Positions 20,110 to 29,632 of a stretch of 64,000 nucleotides of DNA are shown one piece after another; within the stretch, counting starts at the first letter, position 1, and each line of letters starts with the position of its first letter. The stretch is from Promethearchaeota archaeon (lineage in GTDB: Archaea > Asgardarchaeota > Lokiarchaeia > Sigyniarchaeales > SOKP01), in contig JAUVXW010000024.1 in the NCBI GenBank assembly GCA_030603385.1, positions 1 to 64,000 on the forward strand. Direction: 5' to 3'. The notes under the pieces were generated by a model. The model searched no databases, was not told the origin of the DNA, and saw only the letters and a program-made list of their open reading frames with translations. Position numbers and translations under genes: made by a program.

Positions 20110-20694
20110 ATGATAAAGTTTAAAGTCGTTGTTGCTGGGGCTAAAAATGTAGGAAAAACTTCACTAATTCGTCGATTTGCTACAGGCAAATTTGAAATAT
20201 CTACATTATCTACGATAGGAGTAGATTTTGAGACAAAAAAAGTAATTGTCGACGATACAGAGATATTGCTTAATATTTGGGACTTCGCAGGTGAAAAGAA
20301 ATTCCGACTTTTATTTCCTTCTTATGTTTCAGGTGCTTCCGGAGCTTTAATGTTATACGATGTTACTAATCAAGATTCCGTAAAGGATCTTTATGATTGG
20401 ATAAATGTAATATCGTCTGTTCCTAATTCGCCCAAAACAAAGATATTAATTGAGGCAAAAACCGATTTAAAAAGGAAAGTTAAAAAAGAAGAAGCACAGC
20501 AAATTTTTGAAAAATTCAATTTTCAAGGAGAATTATTAAATACATCCTCCAAAACAGGTGAGAATGTTGAAAAAGCATTTGAGATGTTAGGACGCGAGAT
20601 ATTAAAAAAATCTCTACAAAAATGCACAAATTGTGGAGAAATGTATCCAATTGAATTAAAATTCTGTCAATATTGTGGCTCAAAAACAGCCTAA
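20110..20694 (+). CDS. Rab-like small GTPase with C-terminal zinc ribbon
   Basis: GAKNVGKTS, STIGVDF, IWDFAGE, TSSKTGENV; CTNCG...FCQYCG. Confidence 0.92.
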   Translation: MIKFKVVVAGAKNVGKTSLIRRFATGKFEISTLSTIGVDFETKKVIVDDTEILLNIWDFAGEKKFRLLFPSYVSGASGALMLYDVTNQDSVKDLYDWINVISSVPNSPKTKILIEAKTDLKRKVKKEEAQQIFEKFNFQGELLNTSSKTGENVEKAFEMLGREILKKSLQKCTNCGEMYPIELKFCQYCGSKTA

Positions 20695-20938
20695 ATGTTT
20701 TTTTTTGTTGAATAATTTAAAATTAGCCATGTCTTCTTTATTCCTCATTTATTCAAAGATTATCATTTTTTATATTCCTTTAATATGACTTCAAAAATCT
20801 CATCTGTTCGAGGAGTTTTTCTTCGAGGGGTAATACACTTTAAATTCATCCAAAACTTTGCTTAAATTGCAAAAAATTTAAATATTTAAAAATTAGATTC
20901 TTTATCTACGGAACTTTAAATTAATAATATTGAGAAAA

Positions 20939-21717
20939 ATGGATGTAAAACAAATGATACCACCAGAGGGAAAAGCTTTAGTATATGTTGTGCGTCCCAA
21001 TAGAGCTGGTGGATTAATTAAATTTAAATTTCATATTGATGGAAAACACGTAGGTACTACAAAAGCAAGACGGTTTCTTTATTCGGTATTAGATCCAGGT
21101 CCTCATCTATTTATGTCAAAATCAGAAAACGAAAGTGAAATGCAATTAAATCTTGAAGCTGGAAAAACATACTTTCTTAAACAGAAAATAAAACTAGGAG
21201 CTTTAAAAGCTAGGAATGAATTAATTCAGGTTAATGAAAGTGAAGGTCGAGAAATGTTGCAAAAATGCAGGTTAGGAGATCAAACTGAGAAGCTAATTAT
21301 CGCAAATACAAAACCTTGCATTAACTGTGGTAAGCAAATAGCAATAGATGTTAAATTCTGTACTCATTGTGGTGCTAGCCAGATAAAAGCTGAGGAGCCA
21401 ATTACCGCAAATACAAAACCTTGCATTCACTGTGGTAAACAAATAGCAATAGACGTTAAATTCTGTGCACATTGTGGTGCTAGCCAGATAAAAGATGAGG
21501 AGCCAATTACCGCAAATACAAAACCTTGTATTCACTGTGGTAAACAAATAGAAATAGAATTTAAATTTTGCCGGCATTGTGGTGCTAGCCAGATTGAAAC
21601 TGAGGAACAATTTACCGTAAATACAAAACCTTGTATTAACTGTGGAGAGAAATAGAATTAGATACTGAATTTTGTCCGCATTGTGGAGTTAAACAAATAC
21701 CGACTATAGACATGTAA
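20939..21717 (+). CDS. DUF2846-like domain plus 4 zinc-ribbon repeats; frameshift near 21650 truncates the last repeat (called ORF stops at 21655)
   Basis: GKALVYVVRP...LDPGPH...AGKTYF; CxxCG-x9-CxxCG repeats; shifted frame continues IELDTEFCPHCGVKQIPTIDM*. Confidence 0.75.
21295..21700 (+). repeat. 105-bp intragenic tandem repeat, about 4 copies
   Basis: CG(C/T)AAATACAAAACCTTG recurs at 21301, 21406, 21511 and 21616. Confidence 0.93.
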
Positions 21718-22084
21718 TTTTTTTTTTCTACTTATTACCATTTTTATAAAAATAAAGGCAATTAAATCTTTGGTAGCATCATCCCATTTTTAACCGATTC
21801 AAATTACTGTTTTCTGTTATAATCAAACATTGTCACCACACACATTTTTTTTATTTTTGTTTACATTATACTTGTATCTATCTATTCAGGGAAGAAAATA
21901 AAAAGATAATCCATAAAAAAGCATTAGAATTATTTATTTCGACTTTAAAAAATGGGTTAGATCCTTCAGATTTAGAAATTAAAAACTCTGGAACCTTATT
22001 AATCGTCTTTTTCACTTCATAATTTAAATTCATAAATTTAATAAAATCATGAAAATTTTATAATTTAAAAAAAAGGAATATCAA

Positions 22085-23177
22085 ATGGCTTATAACATCA
22101 AAGATGATATAAATGAAATAATAAATCGTATTAAAAAAGAAAATATCTCATTTAAAGACAGAAGAATTTTAATAACTGGGGGTGCTGGTTTTCTGGGCTC
22201 TTGGGTTTGTGATGTTCTAGTTGAGCAGGGGGCATACTGTATCTGTCTAGATAATTTATCTTCAGGTAAACCTGAAAATGTACAACATCTCATGGAAAAA
22301 GACAATTTTCGTTTTATCAATCATGATATATCTTATCCAATATATTTTGGAATGAGTTATCACCCTTTAGGCATATGTGTAGGGGACATTAAAAAAATTG
22401 ACATTGTAATGCATATGGCAAGTAGAGCCTCTCCATTTGAATTTCAAAAGGAACCAATATCTATTCTTAGAAGCAATACTCTAGGAACTCTGAATTCTTT
22501 AGGGATCGCAAAGTTCCATAATGCAATTTTCTTTTACACTAGCACATCTGAAGTTTATGGAAATCCACCGAAAGAAGCAATACCAACTCCAGAGACTTAT
22601 TTCGGGCACGTAAATCTTGCTTAAGGTTTCTTACAAGAACGCATACCCCGTAGGTCCCAGGAGTTGTTATGATGAATCTAAAAGAGCAGGGGAAGCTTTT
22701 ATAAAAGCTTATGAACTTCAACATCAAATGAGAACAAAGATAGTGAGAATTTTTAATACTTCTGGACCTAGAATACGCCATGGTCCCGAATTTGGAAGGG
22801 TAGTTCCAAATTTCATAAATCAAGCTTTGAATGATGAGGATATAACTATCTTTGGGGATGGATCACAAACGAGATCTTTTATTTATATAGTAGATGAGAT
22901 TGAAGGTATTCTAAAAATGGTTTATAAAGATGAAGCAAATGGAGAAGTTATTAATTTAGGCAATGATAAAGAATACACTATTTTAGAATTAGCCAATATT
23001 ATCAAAGATTTGACAAACTCTAACTCTAAAATAGTATTTAAACAATTACCTATAGATGATCCTGTACGTAGATGCCCTGATATTACCAAAGCAAAAAAAA
23101 TCTTAAATTGGAAACCTACAACTTCGTTGGAAGATGGACTTAAAAAAACTATTGCCTGGTTCAAAGATAATGGATGA
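22085..23177 (+). CDS. UDP-glucuronate decarboxylase-like extended SDR, join(22085..22613,22645..23177), 353 aa after removing a 31-nt insert
   Basis: ITGGAGFLGS, HMASRASP, TSTSEVYG in the first ORF; GPRSCYDESKR (YxxxK), RIFNT, GDGSQTRSF, DDPVRRCPDI in the second; the join restores YFGHVNPVGPRSCY. Confidence 0.9.
22614..22644 (+). other. Candidate BHB (tRNA-endonuclease-type) intron in an mRNA
   Basis: ATCTTGCTTAAGGTTTCTTACAAGAACGCAT; hairpin plus relaxed BHB; carries an in-frame TAA; excision restores the frame. Confidence 0.78.
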
Positions 23178-23691
23178 TACAAACAATAACAATATAAAAG
23201 AGAAAATTAAATCCAGTAAAAAGGAATTTGATACATTACTTAAAATCTGTTTAATTACTGGAATTATAATTATATCGGGTTTTATTATCTATCAAGCTTT
23301 TAAGCCTGAACCGGGTTATGTTACTTTCGGTATTTTAAATAAGAATCAAGAAGCGGAGAATTATCCGACCGAAGCTTCTATTAATGACGATATTTCTTTT
23401 TATATTACTGTTGAGAATTACTTAGATCGAGATTTTTCCTATCAAATTCAGATTAAGAAAGGAGATAATATGACTTCTATGAATCTCATTTCTGGTTCTG
23501 ATGGCACTCTTAATTTTACAATAGGAAATTTTACTTTAAAAAATAAGCAGAGCTGGCTTTCAGAAAAATTGAATGTTTCTTTCTCAGAGGTAGGGGAAAA
23601 TCAAATAATAATAGCGGAATTATGGCAAATTAAAAATACAGAAATAGAGTTTTACAATATTCTTTGGCTACGACTTAATATAACCTCTTAA
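23170..23691 (+). CDS. DUF1616-like membrane-anchored protein
   Basis: TM segment followed by YVTFGILNKNQEAENYP...VENY; ATG at 23170. Confidence 0.7.
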   Translation: MDDTNNNNIKEKIKSSKKEFDTLLKICLITGIIIISGFIIYQAFKPEPGYVTFGILNKNQEAENYPTEASINDDISFYITVENYLDRDFSYQIQIKKGDNMTSMNLISGSDGTLNFTIGNFTLKNKQSWLSEKLNVSFSEVGENQIIIAELWQIKNTEIEFYNILWLRLNITS

Positions 23692-25064
23692 TTTTTTCCC
23701 CCAATAATTTGCACATCCTTAACTCTTACATAAGGAGCTTGAAAGGCACCATAAATTTTAAATTCTTTTGACACAGCCTTAATATTTTTGAATAGATCCA
23801 ACAGTTTTATACCAATCATAGTTTCGTTTAAAGGTTCTTTAACTTCTCCATTTATAATTAAGTTTCCATGAAGAATTAAGCCAGAAAAATCGCCAGTGGA
23901 AATATTAGGGGTATCCCCAGTATAATCAAACAAAATTCCTTCTTTTACATCCTTTATCATTTCTTTTATGGTAATATCACCATTGGGCATTATAAAATTC
24001 GTTGCCCCTATAGAAGGGATGGAATTATATGAACTTCTAGATGCATTTCCTGTACTCTCAACACCTTCTTTACCTGCTGTATAACTATTATGTAATAGGC
24101 CTGTTTTTAGAAATTTACCTTTTTCAAAGATTTTTTTATTTTTACAAGGGACACCTTCTCCATCGAATACCGCAGATCCAACAGCGCCATCGATCAGCCC
24201 ATTATCTTCAATATCTAAATATTTTGAACCAATTATTTCATCTCTTTTATCTACAAGAAAAGTTCTTTTGTATTGGAAGGATTCTCCATTTATAGCTGAA
24301 GCAATAGGTCTCATTATTAACTGTATAGTTCCTTTTGGGCTTAGAATAATAGGAACTTTCATACTTTTTATTTTTTTCCTATTGAGATTTCTTTTAGCTT
24401 CTTCAAGGGCAGTTTTAGCTACATCAAATGCTTTTAATCTTTTTAAAGTTCGTTCAGATTGCCAGTCATAACCATCTGAGGTTTCTTTGCTTACTTTATC
24501 TTTAACAATGATATGTGAAGAGAGTGAACAACTTGTATCTTTTCCTGAAACTTCTAATCCATTTGAATTAAATATATTAGTTTTAGTATAATTGGTGATA
24601 AAACTTCCAGATTGTGAGATTGCTAGTTCATCCTGTTCACAAACTTCAATTAAGATGTTTACATAACTCATGGAATCTTCTAATTGCAAAACTTTCAGAT
24701 TCTTATCGAATAAGCCTTTTACTATGGGATAATTTTGATAAGAACCAGGTAAATCATAAAAGTCAGGATCAGGGGTACTTACGTTCATCATTTTTAGAGC
24801 AGTATTACAAAGTTCATTAACTGTTTTTTTCTCTAATTTATTTGAGAAAGCAAATCCTAAAGCACCCTTTTTATTGATAACTCGGACAGAAACACCATTG
24901 TCCTCTCCAGTTTCGCTATTTTTTACTGAATTTTCTTCAATTTCAATACTGATATATTTATTCTTTTCAAAAAAAATTTCAGCACATTTTAATTCATGAG
25001 CATTTTGCTCAATTATCTTTAGACCATACTTTGCCAAACCAAATACGTCAGAATCACTTTCCAT
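23688..25064 (-). CDS. pmbA: PmbA/TldE family protein
   Basis: FDGEGVP, STGNASR, STGDFSG; no HExxxH. Confidence 0.88.
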   Translation of the reverse strand: MESDSDVFGLAKYGLKIIEQNAHELKCAEIFFEKNKYISIEIEENSVKNSETGEDNGVSVRVINKKGALGFAFSNKLEKKTVNELCNTALKMMNVSTPDPDFYDLPGSYQNYPIVKGLFDKNLKVLQLEDSMSYVNILIEVCEQDELAISQSGSFITNYTKTNIFNSNGLEVSGKDTSCSLSSHIIVKDKVSKETSDGYDWQSERTLKRLKAFDVAKTALEEAKRNLNRKKIKSMKVPIILSPKGTIQLIMRPIASAINGESFQYKRTFLVDKRDEIIGSKYLDIEDNGLIDGAVGSAVFDGEGVPCKNKKIFEKGKFLKTGLLHNSYTAGKEGVESTGNASRSSYNSIPSIGATNFIMPNGDITIKEMIKDVKEGILFDYTGDTPNISTGDFSGLILHGNLIINGEVKEPLNETMIGIKLLDLFKNIKAVSKEFKIYGAFQAPYVRVKDVQIIGGKN

Positions 25065-26510
25065 TTAATTCAACCCTCCTACTGTAATATCTTCTATACG
25101 AATATAAGGTCCACCATCACAAACCCTAACACTTTGACCTCCTTTTCCGCACATTCCATCAGAATAATCAATTTCTTTTCCAATTGCTGAAATTTTATTT
25201 AATGCTTCAAGAATCATTCCACTTAGAGAAACATCTCTCATTAATTCCTTTTTCTCTCCATTTTCAATCTTGTACGAAAATTTACATTTAAACTGAAAAT
25301 TTCCAGTAGATGGATTAGTATAGCCATATTGAAAATCCTCACAAAGAATTCCATTTTTAGTATCTTGAATTATTTCTTCTATGCTCCAATCTCCCGGTTC
25401 TATAAAGGTAAATCCCATACGAACTTGAGGTCTTGAAGAAAAAGATGATGATCTTCCATGACCGTTAGGAAGTGTGTCCATTCTCGAGGAAGTTTCTAAA
25501 TTATGTAAGTAACTCTTAAGAATTCCATTTTCAATAATGATAGTTTTTTGTGAAGGAATTCCTTCATCATCTACGAAATAACACCCAAACAATTCATAAG
25601 GTAAATTATAAATTTTACCTTGACCCATAGTCGGATTATCTATTATATTAACTTTTTCTGAGGCGACCTTCTTACCAATTTTCCCTTTTAATATACTTTC
25701 GTTGTTCAAAACCATATCTGCTTCAACTGCATGTCCGAATGCTTCGTGGATCATCGTACCTGTTAATTTTGGATCAGTTATAATTGTGAATTTACCTCCA
25801 ATTGGAGATTTTGCTTTTAACAAGTCGACAGCCTCTTTTGCTGATTTTTTACTCAAATTTTCTGCTTTTTCTGTTTTTATGATTTCAAACCCTCCAATAC
25901 CTCCTACAGAATTTATAGCTCTTTGAATTATTCCATTGTCTTGAGTATAAACCAGACTGAACAACCTTAAAAATGATAAGTCTTGAAAAATGTGGTTATT
26001 AAAAGAATTAATCAATAAACTATTAGCGTGACCATCACTATATAGAGTATGAGTATTTTTTACTTTTGAAGAGTATTCAGAGGCAATTTTTTCATGATTT
26101 TTAACTAGATTTATCTTCTCTTCAATGTCAACATCCTCTAATTTTTCTCTAGCCCGCGCTTTGAATTCTTTAATTAAAGGATCACGTGGTACTATTTTGA
26201 ATTTATTTTTACATAATGATTCTGATAATCTTGCTAGTTTAATTGCTTTCTGGAATCCGTTTATTATTGCTTCTCTATTAAGATCTTTTAAAACGCAAAA
26301 ACCCCAACCTCCATTAATAAAAGCTCTGATTCCACATTCGGTAATATAATGAGAAGATATTTCCTTACTTTTTAGATCTGTAAAATCTAATGTTGTACCA
26401 CGACCTACTCCAGTTCTAACATCCCAATATTCAATTTTGTCTCTAGAGATGCTATTCAGTTCTTTTATTAATTTATCATCTATGTCCTTTAAATCATCCT
26501 CGAAATCCAT
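25065..26510 (-). CDS. tldD: TldD metalloprotease
   Basis: HEAFGH, DDEG, NGHGR, CGKGGQSVRV.DGGP. Confidence 0.92.
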   Translation of the reverse strand: MDFEDDLKDIDDKLIKELNSISRDKIEYWDVRTGVGRGTTLDFTDLKSKEISSHYITECGIRAFINGGWGFCVLKDLNREAIINGFQKAIKLARLSESLCKNKFKIVPRDPLIKEFKARAREKLEDVDIEEKINLVKNHEKIASEYSSKVKNTHTLYSDGHANSLLINSFNNHIFQDLSFLRLFSLVYTQDNGIIQRAINSVGGIGGFEIIKTEKAENLSKKSAKEAVDLLKAKSPIGGKFTIITDPKLTGTMIHEAFGHAVEADMVLNNESILKGKIGKKVASEKVNIIDNPTMGQGKIYNLPYELFGCYFVDDEGIPSQKTIIIENGILKSYLHNLETSSRMDTLPNGHGRSSSFSSRPQVRMGFTFIEPGDWSIEEIIQDTKNGILCEDFQYGYTNPSTGNFQFKCKFSYKIENGEKKELMRDVSLSGMILEALNKISAIGKEIDYSDGMCGKGGQSVRVCDGGPYIRIEDITVGGLN

Positions 26511-26660
26511 ATTTTTTTCTCAGTTTTATTTTAGTTTCAATTTAATTCTAAGGAATTTTGATTAAAGATGTTTCATAAAAGAATTGTAGAAAACTATCTT
26601 AAATACCTTTGTTTTTTAAGTCAGCTACTTAACTTAAAACATATCTTCAAAAAAAAGTAT

Positions 26661-26858
26661 TCAAGGTTTTGTCTTCAGCTCTTTAATAATTGTAATTGCT
26701 CCTTTTATTGTACATATTTTAGAAAACTTTGTAGAATTTTTGAATGAAAATGAATGATTACATTTCCAACATTTTTTTGTTTTAATAACTTGGTTCGTGT
26801 AATACCACGCCCCACATCTATAACATCGAAAAAAAAAGTATTTTTGTTTATTGTACAT
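26661..26858 (-). CDS. Small zinc-ribbon protein (DUF1922-like)
   Basis: FRCYRCG...KTKKCWKCN. Confidence 0.7.
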   Translation of the reverse strand: MYNKQKYFFFRCYRCGAWYYTNQVIKTKKCWKCNHSFSFKNSTKFSKICTIKGAITIIKELKTKP

Positions 26859-27071
26859 ACAAAAAGGATTAAGTGAACAAAAAAATTTAATTTAAATTAG
26901 CCAGAAGATTTACTGATTTTTAATGTCTACTGTAGCACGTTAACATATTTCTAATTATTTAAAAAATGAATTACTCGATATTTATCCAAATTATTTTATC
27001 TTAAATAAAATAAGATATATTTCTTGATGAATCATTATTTTAATTATAAGTAATAAAAAAAAGTAGAAATT

Positions 27072-28430
27072 ATGGATCACAAATTTATTCATCCTATCGA
27101 AACTAGGTATCGAACTGATATTGCTGATTTATTTACTGAGGAAAAAAAGTTAGAAAATTGGCTGAAAGTTGAAGGTGTTTTAGCGGAAGTCCATGCAGAA
27201 TTGGGAAGTATTCCTAAAGAAGCTGCGAAAGAAATAAGCATGAAAGCTAGTTTAAATTACGTTAATTTAGAAAGAGTGAAAGAGATCGATAAGGAAATCC
27301 ACCATGATTTAATGGCAATGATAAAGGCTTTGGCTGAACAGTGTGAAGATGGTGCCGATAAATACGTTCATCTTGGAGCTACTAGTTATGATATTGAAGA
27401 TACTGCGACTTCTTTACAGTTAAGAGAAGCTTTAAACTACATTAAAACTTCATTATTGGAATTATTGAAAATTTTAATAAAAATAACGGAAGAAAAAAAG
27501 GAGCTAGTATGCATCGGAAGAACACATGGGCAACATGCGATCCCTACGACGTATGGGATGAGATTTGGAGTATGGGCATATGAGATAAATAGACATCTTG
27601 ACAGGATATCTGAAGTCTTAGAACGTATATCTTATGGCAAAATGTCAGGTGCTGTCGGTACCATGGCGAGTTTTGGAGAGAAAGGGATTGAAATACAAAA
27701 ATTAGTTATGGAAAAACTTGAGTTAAATCCTGTTCTTATTGCCAACCAAGTGGTTCAGAGAGATCGTCATGCTGAAGTTATATTTTTAACCTCATTAATT
27801 GGACAAACTTTGGCTAAAATCGCAAGGGAAAATCGAGTCCTTCAGAGAAATGAAATAGCCGAGATGTTTGAACCATTCAAAAAAAAGCAAGTCGGAAGTT
27901 CTACAATGCCGCATAAGCGAAATCCTCATAAATCAGAGAGAATTTGTAGTATAGCAAGAATAATTAAATCCAATGTTATCCCTGCTTTAGATAATATAGT
28001 TTTAGAGGATGAAAGAGATATTACAAACTCGGCATCTGAAAGAGTAATTATAGTGGAAAATTTTATATTATTAGACTACATAATTAAGGAATTAGTGAAA
28101 AATCTTGAAGGTATTGAGTTTGATGCAGCTAAAATTGAAGAAAATCTAAATCTTACTAAAGGAGCATGCTTAACTGAAAAAATAATGGTTCAGCTTGTCA
28201 ATAAGGGAATCGGAAGGCAGGAAGGACATGAAATTTTAAGACAAGCTGCAATATTAGCAAGAAAAGAAGATCGGTATATGAAAGATATTTTATATGAAAA
28301 TAAAAAAGTCACAAATCTATTCTCAAAAGAAGAACTATCTGATTTATTTGATGCTCATAAATATATAGGTAAAGCAATTGTGCAAGTAGAGAATCTAATA
28401 AAATTTCTTAAAAATAAATACAATTGGTAG
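27072..28430 (+). CDS. purB: Adenylosuccinate lyase
   Basis: HLGATSYD, GRTHGQHA, GSSTMPHKRNP. Confidence 0.96.
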   Translation: MDHKFIHPIETRYRTDIADLFTEEKKLENWLKVEGVLAEVHAELGSIPKEAAKEISMKASLNYVNLERVKEIDKEIHHDLMAMIKALAEQCEDGADKYVHLGATSYDIEDTATSLQLREALNYIKTSLLELLKILIKITEEKKELVCIGRTHGQHAIPTTYGMRFGVWAYEINRHLDRISEVLERISYGKMSGAVGTMASFGEKGIEIQKLVMEKLELNPVLIANQVVQRDRHAEVIFLTSLIGQTLAKIARENRVLQRNEIAEMFEPFKKKQVGSSTMPHKRNPHKSERICSIARIIKSNVIPALDNIVLEDERDITNSASERVIIVENFILLDYIIKELVKNLEGIEFDAAKIEENLNLTKGACLTEKIMVQLVNKGIGRQEGHEILRQAAILARKEDRYMKDILYENKKVTNLFSKEELSDLFDAHKYIGKAIVQVENLIKFLKNKYNW

Positions 28431-28439
28431 CCAAATAAA

Positions 28440-29621
28440 ATGGCTGAAAATAATAATATTTATCCTAAATTGGGAGTTTCCTCTAAAAAAGAAGATGTTC
28501 ATAAAGCCATTGAAAACTTAGATAAGGGACTCTTTCCAGGAGCATTTTGTAAAATTGTAGAAGATATAAATGGTCGAAAAGACTATTGCTCGATTTTCCA
28601 TGCAGATGGAGCAGGTACTAAATCAAGCTTAGCTTATATGTATTATAAAGAAACGGATGACATATCTATTTTCAGAGGCGTTGTCAGAGACGCTGTAATT
28701 ATGAATATAGATGATATTTTATGTGTAGGGGCAACTGGGAATATGTTCTTATCGAATAATCTTGGTAGAAATAAAACTTTTATTTCAGGAGAAATACTTT
28801 CTACAATTATTGATGAGTATTATACCTATAGCGAAAAACTGACTGATCTTGGTTTAAAGGTTATAGTGTGTGGTGGAGAAACCGCTGATGTAGGTGATGT
28901 AGTTAAAACTCTCATCCTAGATGCATCAGTATTCACTAGTATGAAGAGAGAGGATGTTATCAATGCTATTAATATTAAAAACGATGATGTAATAGTTGGA
29001 TTAGCAAGTTCAGGAAAAGCGTCCTATGAAGAGGAATATAATAGTGGAATAGGAAGTAATGGATTAACTTTAGCAAGGCATGGAATGCTTTCGCATGAGT
29101 ATTATACTAAGTATCCAGAATGTTATAATCAAGACTTAAATGAGAAACTTGTCTTTTTTGGTAGAAATAAATTAACAGATCCAATAAAAGGTTTAAATAT
29201 GAATATAGGAAAGGCGTTATTATCACCCACAAGAACGTACGCGCCAATATTAACAGAAATTTTAAAAAGATATAGAATAAAAATTCATGGGATCATTCAT
29301 AATACTGGAGGAGGTCAAACAAAGAACCTAAATTATGGTAAAGGTATCAAATATATCAAAAACAATCTATTCTCTCTACCTAAAATTTTTGAGATTATTC
29401 AGACTTCATCAGAAACTCAATGGAAAGAAATGTTCAGTGTTTTTAATATGGGTCATAGAATGGAATTGTATTGTGAAGAAGCTTTAGCAAAAGAAATTAT
29501 AAAAATTGCTAAGAAGTATAACGTCGAATCTAAAATTGTTGGATATTGTGAGAAATCACCATTGAAGGATAAAAATATTGTTGAGATTAATTCTGAATTT
29601 GGTTCATTCAAATATAGTTAA
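28440..29621 (+). CDS. purM: AIR synthase (long PurM type)
   Basis: HADGAGTKS, GGETADVGD, SNGLT, HNTGGG, FNMGHR. Confidence 0.9.
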   Translation: MAENNNIYPKLGVSSKKEDVHKAIENLDKGLFPGAFCKIVEDINGRKDYCSIFHADGAGTKSSLAYMYYKETDDISIFRGVVRDAVIMNIDDILCVGATGNMFLSNNLGRNKTFISGEILSTIIDEYYTYSEKLTDLGLKVIVCGGETADVGDVVKTLILDASVFTSMKREDVINAINIKNDDVIVGLASSGKASYEEEYNSGIGSNGLTLARHGMLSHEYYTKYPECYNQDLNEKLVFFGRNKLTDPIKGLNMNIGKALLSPTRTYAPILTEILKRYRIKIHGIIHNTGGGQTKNLNYGKGIKYIKNNLFSLPKIFEIIQTSSETQWKEMFSVFNMGHRMELYCEEALAKEIIKIAKKYNVESKIVGYCEKSPLKDKNIVEINSEFGSFKYS

Positions 29622-29632
29622 AGTTACTGAAA

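Noticed and set aside
21295-21700. CRISPR array or DGR template/variable repeat pair
   Set aside because: The units are contiguous, in-frame coding repeats without unique spacers, differences are not adenine-specific, and there is no cas or RT gene in the window.
21720-22030. Possible decayed gene on the minus strand
   Set aside because: Short open stretches broken by many stops; no recognisable family.
22345-22390. In-frame extra segment of about 14 aa (FGMSYHPLGICVG) in the SDR gene as a second intron
   Set aside because: Only weak pairing (CCCT/AGGG, AATG/CATT) and no convincing BHB register; more likely a protein loop. Needs an ortholog alignment.
22617-23177. Treating 22085..22624 and 22617..23177 as two separate genes or as a ribosomal frameshift
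   Set aside because: The break falls inside one Rossmann-fold active-site region, and 31 extra nt are present relative to the conserved motif. A simple frameshift would leave about 10 foreign residues just before YxxxK, and no slippery heptamer is evident.
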